From Acidobacteriota bacterium (GTDB lineage Bacteria > Acidobacteriota > Blastocatellia > RBC074): DNA of 64,000 nt. Below, piece by piece: positions 13,206 through 23,990 of this stretch; positions within the stretch are counted from its first letter, which is position 1; each line of letters opens with the position of its first letter. The stretch spans positions 2,532 through 66,531 of the forward strand of contig JADJLO010000035.1 in the NCBI GenBank assembly GCA_016710075.1. Reading direction: 5' to 3'. The notes below the pieces were generated by a model. That model saw nothing but the letters and a program-made list of their open reading frames with translations, was not told the origin of the DNA and did no database searches. The translations under genes were made by a program, and so were the position numbers.

Positions 13206-14316
13206 TGGCTTGACGGTATGCCGTTGGTCATCTGGTGTTTGATCGGGTGCCCCGATTCGTTTTTGGGGATCGTCGGGTCGGCAGTCTGAGTCATGCCGAG
13301 GTTTCCGAATGCCGCGAACCGGCCTGAATGCTTCGGATCGCGGTCATTAGCGTAAACGACGTGACAGCCGGTGCAGCCGGACATGCGGTAATCGCCCGGA
13401 TTATCGTTGGTCCCCGGCATGGAGAGCAGCGGATCGAGCAGGCGCGTCTTCTGCAACCCCTGAAATACCGGGTCGGTTCTCAAACGAGTGCCCAGACCGC
13501 GATCGCTGAGCTTCACATCCGGTCTGCCCGGCAATTCAAGAACATTCGGACTGCCGATATCCGAAGGAAGGCCTTTGAGTTCGCCGCCTCGCTCAAAAAC
13601 CCGCAGGATATTTCCAGGCTGCGTGATCTCCCAACGCGGCAGCGGCGAGAGAAATGGCAGGATGCCCTGCATCAAAGTCTCTTCAGGCGTCGGCTGCGGA
13701 TTGGTGAAGACCATCTGAATCGCGCCGCCGGCGCCGTAGCTTTCGCCAAAATGGGCGTCCTTGTATGGAAAGGCGCCGTTGTTGTAGAGCGCTGCACCCC
13801 ACAACATACCACCGTGAGTCATCATGCTCTTCTTCGACCAGACAACCTCTTTCGCGTGGCATTTGCCGCAGGCCAGATCGGCGGCACGGAAATCTCCGGG
13901 ATTGACGAAACGCACGAACTCATCGCTCTCCTTGAGCCACATGGCATTGAGCCTTTGCGGATTAGCCGTCGAGCTCCAGTGTTCAGGAAAACGCGGCTGA
14001 ACGTGTGCCTTCTTTTTATCCTGCGTTTCATTCGGATTGCCGCCGTGACAGTCAGCACATCCTATGTCCAGATCATCGTCTCCATCGACGTGCATCGATT
14101 CAGAATTCTTGTGACAGACAATGCAGCCGACACTGCGCGGATTGACCTTGCTCTTCCTCGCCTGAGCCTGCTGCTGAGCCAGGCTGTCGTCGGAATTAGC
14201 GGATGTTCGCGTGTTGACCGAGAGCATGCTCACAGCGATTGTCAGTATCAGGCTCGCGAGCAGTAAGATCTTGATTTTCCTTGCAGCGCTTTTCTGTTCC
14301 ATAAATCCCTCAGGAA

Positions 14317-14628
14317 TCAATAAACAAACTTCAAGGTGACAAAGGCCGACCAGAGCGTGGGCGTGCCTGCGCCGCACCCCTGCGGCGCGCCGGTGCAGTT
14401 TGAGCTGTAGATGTCGGTAAAACCTCTGCCCGGCCGCAGCCCCGAAGCTCCGCCAATGAGGACGATGTTTTCATTGAGCAGCGGGCGATAGATGAAACCA
14501 ACGCCAAGGTCGTGACCGATTTCATGCCGGATCCGGTTCTGGAACAATGCCAGTTCGATGGCTTCAGTGCGATTGAATCGCAGGTAATTGTAGTTGACGA
14601 AGCCGCGAAGCTTCGGCGTTACATCCAC
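14317..14628 (-). CDS. C-terminal part of the same outer-membrane beta-barrel (ends in aromatic ...TLKFVY)
   Basis: Beta-strand pattern and C-terminal aromatic residue typical of OMP barrels; frameshift(s) between 14628 and ~14900. Confidence 0.5.
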   Translation of the reverse strand: MDVTPKLRGFVNYNYLRFNRTEAIELALFQNRIRHEIGHDLGVGFIYRPLLNENIVLIGGASGLRPGRGFTDIYSSNCTGAPQGCGAGTPTLWSAFVTLKFVY

Positions 14629-14725
14629 ATCAATGCCGGCGTTGTAGAGAGTCAGTCCCGGATTGACGAAGTTCGCCTGGCCCTGAAACTTGCTGCTGCG
14701 AAGCGAGGGAATCAGGCTGCGCGGT

Positions 14726-16177
14726 TCAACCAGCGCAACCCCTGTCTGTGTCAGGCGGATGCTCTGCGAATTCCAGAAGCTGAATCTGCCGCCGGCAAAA
14801 TTCGGATTGTCGAGTATCGCATCGAATCCGCGCGCCGTACCGTCGGTGGGATTTGAATCGCCCGACGTAAAACGCTCCTATCCGGTAACGCAGCCAGTCA
14901 TAATCGACCGAAAACTCGCCCGCAGCCATCTGCGCATTGATCCGCGTGCCGCGCTTCGCTATTGGATTGAAAGAATCCCGCCCGATCACCTGGTAGAAGG
15001 CATGCGTGATGTTGGTCCGCCCGAAATGCCCGTCGCCCGCCCAGCCGAAATATCCGCTGCGCACCCGGTGCGGCGTCACCGTTCCCACTTTCGCCGGCCT
15101 TACGATAAACCCGTTCTGATCGTACTCGACCGTCGGCCTGTCATCGCTGTAATGCAGGCTGAACTGTGTCGTATATCCGAGCTTGAACGTGTCCTGGCGA
15201 TAGATGTTGGCGATGTATACCTTCTGATTGCGAAATCCGATGTCGCGGAAGTTGACCGTATTGAGACCGCTGTTGGTCTCCTTTTCGAGCATTTCGAAAT
15301 ATGCAAGATTGTATTGCCAGCGGTTGGATTCGAAGCTGCCGAACAGCCGCGCTCCAAGATTCGAGTCGCTGAAGATGAATCCGCGGAAATCGCTGGTGAA
15401 CGGCTGAACGCCAAGGCGGATCGAAGTGAAATCGTAAAAAGGCGATCGCCCCTTCCTGCTGCCTTTTCCGCGAAGGAACGGAAACAGTCGGGTCGTGTCT
15501 CCCAGCCGGTATTCGAAGAACATCTCTTCCAGGGCGTTGAAGCCGTCCAGACGCGACCGGCCCTCCCGGACATCGATATTGACGATTCCCAGCTCACGCA
15601 CCTTCAACAGATTGAGATTCGCGATGCCGGTAACTTTGAATCGCCAGTCAACCGGCTTGTATGAAGTGTCCCCGTGAAAGAGATCGAACGAAAAGACGAA
15701 ATTCTGATTGAATGATTCCTGCCGGCCGCGACCGAAAAACTCATAGCTGCCGGGCAACTGCGAACTCACATCCTGCGGCACAGGCACTCGCCTCACATTG
15801 AAATCGCTCTCGGAGGCAAGCGTAATGTTGAGGAAGGTGCTGTTGCCGATGACAGGATAATCTCCCTTGAGCACATTCTGGCGATACGGGTTTTTGATAT
15901 CGCCCTCTTTGAATCTGGGGTCTTCGGGAATCCCTACGCGCCAGCGGTCCCGGATGATCATGAAATCGGCATCCTCGGGGCGAGGTTTCTGCCGATTCTT
16001 CGTTGGACCGGCGGCGCCCAGAGGCTTGTCCTCCGGCAACCGGGGAGCTTTTGCCTCTCCCTGCTGCTCCTGTGCTACCGGCTTCGCCTGCGGCTTCTCG
16101 GCCGGCTGTTGTTGAGCATAGGTTTCAATCCGGCAAAATAGCATGCTGGCCAGCATTATTATTCTTGTAATTTGCAC
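14726..16177 (-). CDS. Outer-membrane beta-barrel protein (porin/alginate-export-like), N-terminal part
   Basis: Signal peptide MQITRIIMLASMLFCRIETYA, Pro/Gln/Lys-rich linker, then alternating amphipathic strands rich in aromatic residues; tail out of frame. Confidence 0.6.
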   Translation of the reverse strand: MQITRIIMLASMLFCRIETYAQQQPAEKPQAKPVAQEQQGEAKAPRLPEDKPLGAAGPTKNRQKPRPEDADFMIIRDRWRVGIPEDPRFKEGDIKNPYRQNVLKGDYPVIGNSTFLNITLASESDFNVRRVPVPQDVSSQLPGSYEFFGRGRQESFNQNFVFSFDLFHGDTSYKPVDWRFKVTGIANLNLLKVRELGIVNIDVREGRSRLDGFNALEEMFFEYRLGDTTRLFPFLRGKGSRKGRSPFYDFTSIRLGVQPFTSDFRGFIFSDSNLGARLFGSFESNRWQYNLAYFEMLEKETNSGLNTVNFRDIGFRNQKVYIANIYRQDTFKLGYTTQFSLHYSDDRPTVEYDQNGFIVRPAKVGTVTPHRVRSGYFGWAGDGHFGRTNITHAFYQVIGRDSFNPIAKRGTRINAQMAAGEFSVDYDWLRYRIGAFYVGRFKSHRRYGARIRCDTRQSEFCRRQIQLLEFAEHPPDTDRGCAG

Positions 16178-16530
16178 TTTCAGTGCCTCCAGGGACGGCT
16201 CTCAGTTATGGAAAAAGCAGGCTAAATAGAGCGATGTGAGACTCCGGCAACACCGGGGCATTTTTCACAAAAAACCTCGAATCTCCAGGCCGGCTTGCGG
16301 CCAAAACGATAAATGTGAAGGGTTGATAACACAGCCTTTCAAATTAAGTCAATCTTAGAATTATTCCTCATCCGCTGCGGAAGGTTTAAAAGCATGAACC
16401 GATGATACGTGGATCATTGAAAACAGGCGGACTCCATGGAGGCGGCGCGTCTCGCCTGCGTGTCACTCAAATATTGAAAACTAATCCACCGCACGATTTA
16501 ACAGGCTTCGGGAAATACCAAAGCGGCGAC

Positions 16531-16546
16531 AAGATTTGCGCAAATC
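16531..16546. promoter_or_regulatory. Perfect 16-bp palindrome AGATTTGCGCAAATCT, candidate regulator-binding site
   Basis: Perfect dyad symmetry in the 636-bp intergenic region between two divergent genes (beta-barrel start 16177; HbpS-like gene start 16816). Confidence 0.25.
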
Positions 16547-16815
16547 TGAATTGTGCAGATATTTCAATACAAGCGGGGACGCCTGCGGTCCCGCTCGTAT
16601 TTTGATTCTGTAATTTCTGACAATCTACCAAAGGAGGAATTCGCCGACAGTATCACTAACTGATCCAGCCGGCAGCGGAAGCGGGTCCATTTTTTTCTTG
16701 CGGCGGGATGCGGCTAAAGGCTATAGTTTGCGCCGTCTTACCGAAATAATTATTATTCCCGTTGTTTCTCTAAGCCCCACGGCTCTTTTCGTCAGACAGC
16801 GTATTTACCGAGGGT

Positions 16816-19246
16816 TTGAAGATGCGTCCCTATCTAAAATTCTGCAATTGTGCGCCATTCACATCAGCAGCCGTCATTGCAATTCTCTTCGTGCCGGCAG
16901 TCACGGCAGCGATAGTGAGAGAAGGTTCGGCAGCGGCTGAAGGCGCGAATTCCGTAGGCAAAGTGACCGCTGCCAGTTATTTGAGGCAACTATCACCGGG
17001 CGCGATTGCCGCCGCGTTTGGAGCGAATCTGGCGACACAATCGGAGGCGGCGCAATTTCTGCCGTTGAGAACCGAGCTTGCAGGCACCCGAGTCAGACTG
17101 ATGGACAGCAGGAACAACGAGTTTTACGCGCCGCTCTTCTTTTGCATCATCAGGGCAGGTCAACTTTCTGATACCGGATGAAGCCGCATTGGGAGCCGTT
17201 CGAATGACGATTACCAACTCGAACGGGATTACATCATCGGGCGAGATCGAGCTGGTCAGCAGTTCGCCTGCGATTTTCACGAGGGATTCGAACGGCCGCG
17301 GGCTGCCGATAGCTCTGACCACATTCGATGGAATCAATTTTGACAGCGTATCGAGCACGGACGGCAGCCCGAAGCCTGTGCTGCCGGGCAGCGTCTGGAA
17401 GCCAAACTATCTGACCATCTTCGGCACTGGACTGCGCTACGCTAAAAACCTCAGGATTCGAATCGGCGGCGTCGAGGTGGAGCCGCTCTATTCCGGCGCA
17501 CAGGGGTCGTTTTCGGGACTTGATCAGGTAAACGTCATGATTCCGTCGAATCTATCGACCGGGACCACTGATGTGATAGTGACCGCCGATGGGCGGGCAA
17601 GCAACATTGTTCAGTTGCAGTTTCAGGGAGAGTCGCTGGCTCAGGCGTCAACACTGACAACCGGCGATGTGCAGACAATCATTGCCCAGGCCGTCGGAAA
17701 AGCACAGCAACTGGGCTTGAAAGTCACCGTTGCGGTCACGGATCGTGAAGGGACGGTGCTTGGAGTATTTCGAATGACCGGCGCCCCGGCTACGACAAGA
17801 ATAGGCGCTTTCAATCTGCAGACCGGAGTGAAACTGAAGCCGGTTGACCCGGATGGCCTTCAGGATACCGATGTTCCGGCGAGCTTTGCGGCGATATCGA
17901 AAGCGGGCACGGCGTCGTTCTTCAGTACACAGGGCAATGCGTTCTCAACAAGGACCGCCAGTTTCATCATTCAGGAGCATTTCCCGCCGCTGATTCAGAA
18001 TACAGGTGGAGGACCGCTCTTCGGCGTGCAGTTTTCACAACTGCCGTGTTCGGACATCAAGATTCCGAACCTGCCGCTGGGGCTGGCTGGAGATCCCGGA
18101 GGAGTCCCGATATACAAGAACGGGATAGCTGCCGGTGGAGTCGGAATTGAAGGCGACGGATTCTATTCGATCGACATCGATCCATCCGATTTCGATCAGT
18201 CTCCGGAAGAAATCATCGCGGTTGCAGCGACTCAGGGGTTCGAGACTCCTGCAGACATTCGCGGCGACCAGATACTGGCCGATGGAATCCGGCTGCCCTT
18301 CGTCAACGCCCAGGCTTCGGCGGTTACGGCCGGCGCCTTTGCGAGCCTGCCCGGAACGGTCGATCCGAGCTTTCCGGTGCGCAATGCGGCGGCATCGATC
18401 TTCTCTCCGCTGACGCTGGCTGGAGTTCCCGGGCGAATCGATTCGCGATTCTATCCATTCAAAAACAGCCCTTCGGCGAACCCGGTAAAACTGAACGCAT
18501 CCGAGGTCAATCAGATCATCACGCAGGCGGCGCAGCAGGCTTTCATCACCAGAGCGGCCATCCGTCGCCCGCTTGGATCACGTGCCGAGGTCAACATCGC
18601 CGTGGTCGATGCAGCAGGAGTCGTTCTCGGAATCTTCACCACTCAGGATGCTCCAATATTCGGCTTTGACGTCAGCGTCCAGAAGGCGCGCACAGCGGCC
18701 TTTTTCAGCAGCCCGACCGCAGGCGCTCAGTTGAGGGCGGCTCAGGGCGGAAGGTTCATCCCCTATGCCGATGCGGCTGCGGCAGACGGAATAAAACTCG
18801 ACGGCACAATTGCCTTCAGTGACCGGGCCAACGGATTTTTGAGCCGCCCGTTCTTTCCCGATGGAATCGACGGCTCGCAGCACGGGCCGAACTCAAAACC
18901 GATCAGCGTCTTTAGCCCGTTCAATAACGGATTACAGGTCGCACTCGTCAAATCGGCGCTGGTCAACATTCTCAGTGGGCTGCCGTTTGTGCCGGGCGGA
19001 TGCACCGGCATCCCGGCTCTGGCCAATGGAATCCAGATTTTTGCCGGCAGCGTTCCACTTTACAAAAACGGAGTTCTGGTTGGCGGCATTGGCATCAGCG
19101 GCGACGGCATCGATCAGGACGACCTGATTGCCGCCGCGGGCAGCATCGGATTCGAAGCACCGCCGAACATCCGCGCCGATCAGTTCTTTGTTCGCGGCGT
19201 AAGATTGCCTTACGTGAAATTCCCCCGGCATCCGAATCTTCCTTAA
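16816..19246 (+). CDS. Secreted protein: N-terminal TIGR03437 (Solibacter-type Ig-like) domain + two HbpS/GlcG-like (DUF336) heme-binding domains; frameshift near 17135
   Basis: Signal peptide; ...SPGAIAAAFGANLA...FYAPLFF // ...GQVNFLIPDEAALGAVRMTITNSNGITSSGEIELVSSSPAIFT...GVEVEPLYSGAQGSFSGLDQVNVMIP; two GlcG-like cores VTVAVTDREGTVLGVFRMTGAP and IAVVDAAGVVLGIFTTQDAPIFG. Confidence 0.7.
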
Positions 19247-19308
19247 TGGCCTGGTGGCCCAATGGCCCAATGGCATTGCTTAAGACCTGAGACCGGCCCG
19301 CGATTGAA

Positions 19309-20646
19309 ATGAGACCGATGAAACAAATCGCAGTCATCCTGTTTATTCTCTCGATCTGTTTTCTGTGGCAGACGACTGACCGTATTGACAGAGCCTACGC
19401 ACAGAAGCGGCGCATCCCAACACCGTCAAAATACTCAAAGTTCACCCACAAATCTCACACCGGCCAGGTTAAAAGTCTGACCGACAAAACCAGGGTGATT
19501 GAAATCGACTGCGCCTACTGTCACGGCACAGTCACCAGAGACAAACTCGGCAAGGACCAGCACGATCTGTCGGCAATCGGTTATCCAAGCCACAAAAGCG
19601 GCCTTGAAAAAGAGAAGGCTCATACTGCCTGCACTGAATGTCACGTGATCACAGGCGCGGGGTTTCAGAAGGACATGTGCCTCATCTGTCACCAGCAGTT
19701 GACCGTCAACCCGAAGCAAATGGCCACCAATATTCGCCGGTTTCCGAATCCCGACGGCGATCCGAAATCACAGTTTTATGACTATTACTCTCACGGCGAG
19801 CACGTGGACTTCTTCGAACAGTACGCCACCTCAACTCCATTGAAGGAACGCGTCAAATTCTACGACCCTAAACAGGATGCAAAAGCGAACAAGGGGCTCG
19901 ACAAGAACAAATTCGAATGTTCCGCCTGTCATACTAAAAATCCGGCTCCGGTCACGGTTGCCGGAATCTCCTTCGCCGCAGGAGTCAAGATGATGCCCGC
20001 GGGACACGCCGAATGCTTCATCTGCCATCTCGATCAGAAAATCGTCACCCCGCCAAAAAAAGAGAAGCCTGATCCGAAAAACACTTTTGCGACGAACTGC
20101 ACCGGCTGCCACCAGTCATTGCAAAAACAATTGAAAGACGGCCGTCCGGTCAAGGGTTCCGAACTGATGGCCCTGCGCTTCGCCAGGCAGATCATCAACA
20201 CTGAATTGAATCCCGTCAGGCCGGGCGTCAAATCCCCGCTTCCCTACAGTCACAAGACTCACGAAGAGAACATGGGCAAAGCCGTCTCCGATTGCATCTC
20301 ATGCCACACGACGGCCAAATCGGCGAATACCATCTCTGATTTTTATCTCGAAGACAAAAAGATGAAGGAGAAGCAGCCTCCCGCTTACAGCTGCACCGAA
20401 TGCCACAAGAAGGAGATGCAGACGAAGATCGAAGGCGCCGTTACGATCGAGACGGCAAAATGCAATTACTGCCACTCGCTGCAAACGATCAGGGATTTCG
20501 CGGCCAAAGGAGCCTTGCTTCCGCCGCAGGGTCATTTCGCCAAACGACCATCAGCCGGCTCGGTTCGGCCGCCCGGCAGTCAAGCAAAAGTAGGGGCGTT
20601 TCTGTCGCTTTCACGGGCTCGAAAAGTAATCCCAACAAAGAAATAG
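19309..20646 (+). CDS. Nine-heme c-type cytochrome (secreted)
   Basis: Signal peptide; 9 CxxCH: CAYCHG, CTECHV, CLICHQ, CSACHT, CFICHL, CTGCHQ, CISCHT, CTECHK, CNYCHS. Confidence 0.85.
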   Translation: MRPMKQIAVILFILSICFLWQTTDRIDRAYAQKRRIPTPSKYSKFTHKSHTGQVKSLTDKTRVIEIDCAYCHGTVTRDKLGKDQHDLSAIGYPSHKSGLEKEKAHTACTECHVITGAGFQKDMCLICHQQLTVNPKQMATNIRRFPNPDGDPKSQFYDYYSHGEHVDFFEQYATSTPLKERVKFYDPKQDAKANKGLDKNKFECSACHTKNPAPVTVAGISFAAGVKMMPAGHAECFICHLDQKIVTPPKKEKPDPKNTFATNCTGCHQSLQKQLKDGRPVKGSELMALRFARQIINTELNPVRPGVKSPLPYSHKTHEENMGKAVSDCISCHTTAKSANTISDFYLEDKKMKEKQPPAYSCTECHKKEMQTKIEGAVTIETAKCNYCHSLQTIRDFAAKGALLPPQGHFAKRPSAGSVRPPGSQAKVGAFLSLSRARKVIPTKK

Positions 20647-20662
20647 CTTGTTTATTTAAATA

Positions 20663-21643
20663 ATGCAGAACTTAAAGATAAAAACTCTGATCCTGCTTTC
20701 GTGCCTTATCGGCAGCCTGATGCTGATTGAGGCTTCAATGGCTCAGCAACAGACGCCTGGTGTCGCGCAGCAGAAACCAGTTGATTACGAGAAATTCACC
20801 CACAAGTCTCACACAGGAAGCGTCAAGGTTCCCGGCACGGGCGCATTCAGAGACCTCAAGTGCGATTCCTGCCACGACCGCCCTGCCGACAGGGAGATAT
20901 CCGGCGGCATCGTTCAAACCACACCACGCAACAAACAATTAAGCCTGAAATTCCCGGGCCATAAAGCATGCGCCGAGTGCCACATCGCTCAGTTCACGAC
21001 TCGGCCGCAACAGACCTGCACCATCTGCCACGAAACCCGAAACGGTCTCAACGCCAGACCGCCGCAACGCGACTTCCCTCAGCGATCCGATTTCAATGCT
21101 CTGTTTGACGCTAAACAGCACGAGCTGCACGCCGGCTACATCCTGCCTCAAACCGGCAAGAAGACAGATTGCGGCTTCTGTCATAAGCAGGACCAGAGAC
21201 CCGCAGTCCTGACGATTGCATCGCATCCGGAATGTTATGCCTGCCACTCACCCGGCAGCCAGGATCAGAAGGGTAAATTGAAATCCGGTTGCATCGTCTG
21301 CCACACGCAAGTCGTGCCTGCAGCACAGCCTTTCTCCGCGAAATACGTCAGCAGGGCCTACGGCGCGAAATTCACCCATAAATCTCACGTCGAACACATG
21401 GGCAATCGCTGCGATATGTGCCACACCATCTCCGCGGGCTACAATCAGCCGGCTCCGACATCTCTCAAGGTAAAGCAACACAACACAACCGCCGAAAAGA
21501 GCGGCCGCGGATGCTTCACCTGCCACGACGGCGGCGTCCATTTTGGACGGAAAGTATTCTGCGCAGAGCCGGGATGCGAGGGCGGTGGGTCATGCCAAAA
21601 ATGCCACACCAGAAATGATTTCAAGGTCTTCCCGTCTTCGTAA
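20663..21643 (+). CDS. Nine-heme c-type cytochrome (paralog of 19309-20646)
   Basis: Signal peptide; CDSCHD, CAECHI, CTICHE, CGFCHK, CYACHS, CIVCHT, CDMCHT, CFTCHD, CQKCHT; shares N-terminal EKFTHKSHTG motif with the upstream paralog. Confidence 0.85.
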   Translation: MQNLKIKTLILLSCLIGSLMLIEASMAQQQTPGVAQQKPVDYEKFTHKSHTGSVKVPGTGAFRDLKCDSCHDRPADREISGGIVQTTPRNKQLSLKFPGHKACAECHIAQFTTRPQQTCTICHETRNGLNARPPQRDFPQRSDFNALFDAKQHELHAGYILPQTGKKTDCGFCHKQDQRPAVLTIASHPECYACHSPGSQDQKGKLKSGCIVCHTQVVPAAQPFSAKYVSRAYGAKFTHKSHVEHMGNRCDMCHTISAGYNQPAPTSLKVKQHNTTAEKSGRGCFTCHDGGVHFGRKVFCAEPGCEGGGSCQKCHTRNDFKVFPSS

Positions 21644-21664
21644 TCTGTCTTTATCTGTATTTTT

Positions 21665-21690
21665 CTGTCTTACACTGTAGACAGTTTTCT
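21665..21690 (+). terminator. Weak intrinsic terminator between convergent cytochrome and REC genes
   Basis: ctgtct-tacactgt-agacag stem-loop followed by TTTTCT. Confidence 0.3.
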
Positions 21691-22029
21691 GACGGCTTCG
21701 ACGAGATCGGGGACTTCGAAGGGTTTTTCGATGAAGGCATCGCAACTGTCTTTGATGAGGCGGGCTTTTTCGCTGTTGTTCTGGCCCGAGACGGCAAGGA
21801 CTTTGATGTGAGCGAGTTGGGGGTTGGATTTGATCAGTCGCGTCGCCTCGACTCCGTCCATGACGGGCATGTCGAGGTCCATGACGATGACGTCGGGATT
21901 TTCAATGGCGGCAACACGAAGGGCTTCGAGGCCATTCGATGCCTGGACTATCGTGTAATCATCTTCTAACGCGTAGATGAGCATGCGCCTGACGCCTTCG
22001 ACATCATCCACAATCATGACCTTGGTCAC
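21670..22029 (-). CDS. Stand-alone response-regulator receiver (CheY-like) domain protein
   Basis: MIVDDVEGVRRML...VIVMDLDMPVMDGVEATRLIK...KVLAVSG; Asp/Lys receiver signature, 119 aa, no output domain. Confidence 0.85.
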   Translation of the reverse strand: MTKVMIVDDVEGVRRMLIYALEDDYTIVQASNGLEALRVAAIENPDVIVMDLDMPVMDGVEATRLIKSNPQLAHIKVLAVSGQNNSEKARLIKDSCDAFIEKPFEVPDLVEAVRKLSTV

Positions 22030-22304
22030 ACAGTACCTCTATGAATATTCATTCGCACGTTTAACGGTAAAAATTGAATCACGGAACCGTGCCTGACAGT
22101 GGGCTTCTGTTTACGTATACACGCGTTGCTGGTGTGTGTGTCGCGGCAGGGCTACCGTACAAGATGCAAAGGAATTATAACCAAAAGGCGGCAGAATGGA
22201 AGTTCAAAGTTGACGGTTACCAGTTTAAAGAGGGAGGCATAAGTCTATTTGAATCTATGGACTAACGATTACCAACAGCACCGGAAGTCTTTAAACTTCG
22301 AACT

Positions 22305-23183
22305 TTAAGCTATTAACTTTTTCCGAGTTGCCAGTCTAAGCCTTGAGACCATGACGCCGGCGACAATCATTGCGGCTCCGATTCCCCGTAAAAATCCGAG
22401 TTGCTCACCTAAGACCATGTAAGCGAATACTGCTGCCGTTACCGGTTCGAGCGCATAAAAGATGGCTGCGTGAGTGGATGAGACGCGGCCCTGAGCCCAT
22501 GTCTGGATCAGCGCGGCGACGAATGTGACCATGATTGCCATGTAGCCGATCTGGAGGAGGAATTTCGAGTCAAGGGTATTAGGCTGGTGCTCAAACCCGA
22601 GTGATTTGAGAATTAAATGGACAGTGACAGCCATGACGGCAACGGTCATCACCTGGACGGCGGCAAGAGTTCTGGTATCGCTGACGCGAGCGAAGGCGCT
22701 GGTGGCGGCGATATGGAGCGCCCAGGCCATTGCGGCGCATAAAATCAGGACATCACCCCAGTTGAGCGGCTCGCCGCCGCGAGGAAAACTGAGCAGAATG
22801 AACCCGCTCAAGGCAACGATCAGCCCGGCAATGTGATCCCGCGTCGGCCGTGCCTGAAAGAAGACAAATCCCAGCAGTGGGGTGAAGACCAGATAGAGGC
22901 CGGTGATGAAGCCCGCTTTCGTCGCCTGGTGAAGACCAGCCCGGCAACATAAAACGCTATACCCGTGAAGCTGCACAGCCCGAGCAGAACCCCCTGAAAG
23001 ATTTCCTTGCTGCTGCTGCGCCTGACATGGTTTGAGAACATCAGCAGGAAGAAGACCGCAGCGATCCCAAACCTCATGCTGGTATAAAAAGCGGGCGAGT
23101 GCGTGGCCAGGATATCCTTGGTGATGACATGCGATGTGCCCCACATCACCGCCAGCATGATCAGCGCGGAATCGGACTGCCAT
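22305..23183 (-). CDS. EamA/DMT-family transporter, C-terminal portion (frameshift ~22925 against 22820-23245)
   Basis: Multiple TM helices, EamA-like repeats. Confidence 0.7.
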   Translation of the reverse strand: MAVRFRADHAGGDVGHIACHHQGYPGHALARFLYQHEVWDRCGLLPADVLKPCQAQQQQGNLSGGSARAVQLHGYSVLCCRAGLHQATKAGFITGLYLVFTPLLGFVFFQARPTRDHIAGLIVALSGFILLSFPRGGEPLNWGDVLILCAAMAWALHIAATSAFARVSDTRTLAAVQVMTVAVMAVTVHLILKSLGFEHQPNTLDSKFLLQIGYMAIMVTFVAALIQTWAQGRVSSTHAAIFYALEPVTAAVFAYMVLGEQLGFLRGIGAAMIVAGVMVSRLRLATRKKLIA

Positions 23184-23245
23184 CCACTCTGTTTCGCATG
23201 TTCGATCGGTTCACCCGGATCACTTTTATGTTCAGGTTTGTGCAT
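22820..23245 (-). CDS. EamA/DMT-family transporter, N-terminal portion
   Basis: MHKPEHKSDPGEPIEHAKQSGWQSDSALIMLAVMWGTSHVITKDILATHSPAFYTSMRFGIAAVFFLLMF... first EamA repeat. Confidence 0.65.
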   Translation of the reverse strand: MHKPEHKSDPGEPIEHAKQSGWQSDSALIMLAVMWGTSHVITKDILATHSPAFYTSMRFGIAAVFFLLMFSNHVRRSSSKEIFQGVLLGLCSFTGIAFYVAGLVFTRRRKRASSPASIWSSPHCWDLSSFRHGRRGITLPG

Positions 23246-23350
23246 TATTGATTGTAAGAATCAGGTTTCATCTTCAGAAATATCATCGAGAGGCGGTTGC
23301 AACACCCAAAATAACCGACACATCAGATTGTCGCAAGCCGCAGATTAAGA

Positions 23351-23990
23351 TCAACCGGCCTTAGTCATAATCGGCCCGTCGCTCTTGAAATAAGGTTTGA
23401 CCTGCACCGGAATCCCGGCAGCGCCAAAGGCCGCTTCAAACAACTGTTTTATCGAAGCTATCGCCTGTTCTTTTGCGACGCGATAAATATCGGGGGATTT
23501 CCCCATCTCTTCGAGAGTTGGGCGGACCATCTTTTCCGTGGTCTCTTCAAGAATATTTCCGGTGTATTTTTCAGTACGAAGAAAATCGAGGTTCCGCAGG
23601 AGTTCGGCTTTGGGGAGATCGGGATCCATAGCCTGAATCTTGACGTCCGGCAGGATCAGGAGAACGCCGTTTCATACCTGAGCTGGCTGCGATCGATCTC
23701 GCCGAGGTTGATCGCGTAATGAATAGTAGCCGGCACAATCCCGGATCAATTCCGCATCGCCATACCATCGCTCGTCTCGCTGTCTGACGATAGCCTGAAC
23801 ATAAGCTTTTGTAGTCACCAGGCTGTTGTCCCGTTCAATTTTCAGTAGAACGGCATTCGCCGTCCGGATTATCTTCTGATCGGGAGTCAGCCAGTCAAAA
23901 AGCCTTCTGCCGGTGAAATTCCAGCAGAGCGCCGCGATTGCCAGGAACCAGGCTGAGAGCGGCCACCGATTTCCAGAATCTGTTATTCAT
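23351..23990 (-). CDS. Hypothetical membrane-anchored protein (DUF4230-like), multiply frameshifted; ATG 4 bp after the stop of the upstream methyltransferase
   Basis: From ATG 23988-23990: MNNRFWKSVAALSLVPG.../...DQKIIRTANAVLLKIERDNSLVTTKAYVQAIVRQRDERWYGDAELIRDCAG.../...IHYAINLGEIDRSQLRYETAF.../ MDPDLPKAELLRNLDFLRTEKYTGNILEETTEKMVRP... in three frames. Confidence 0.45.
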
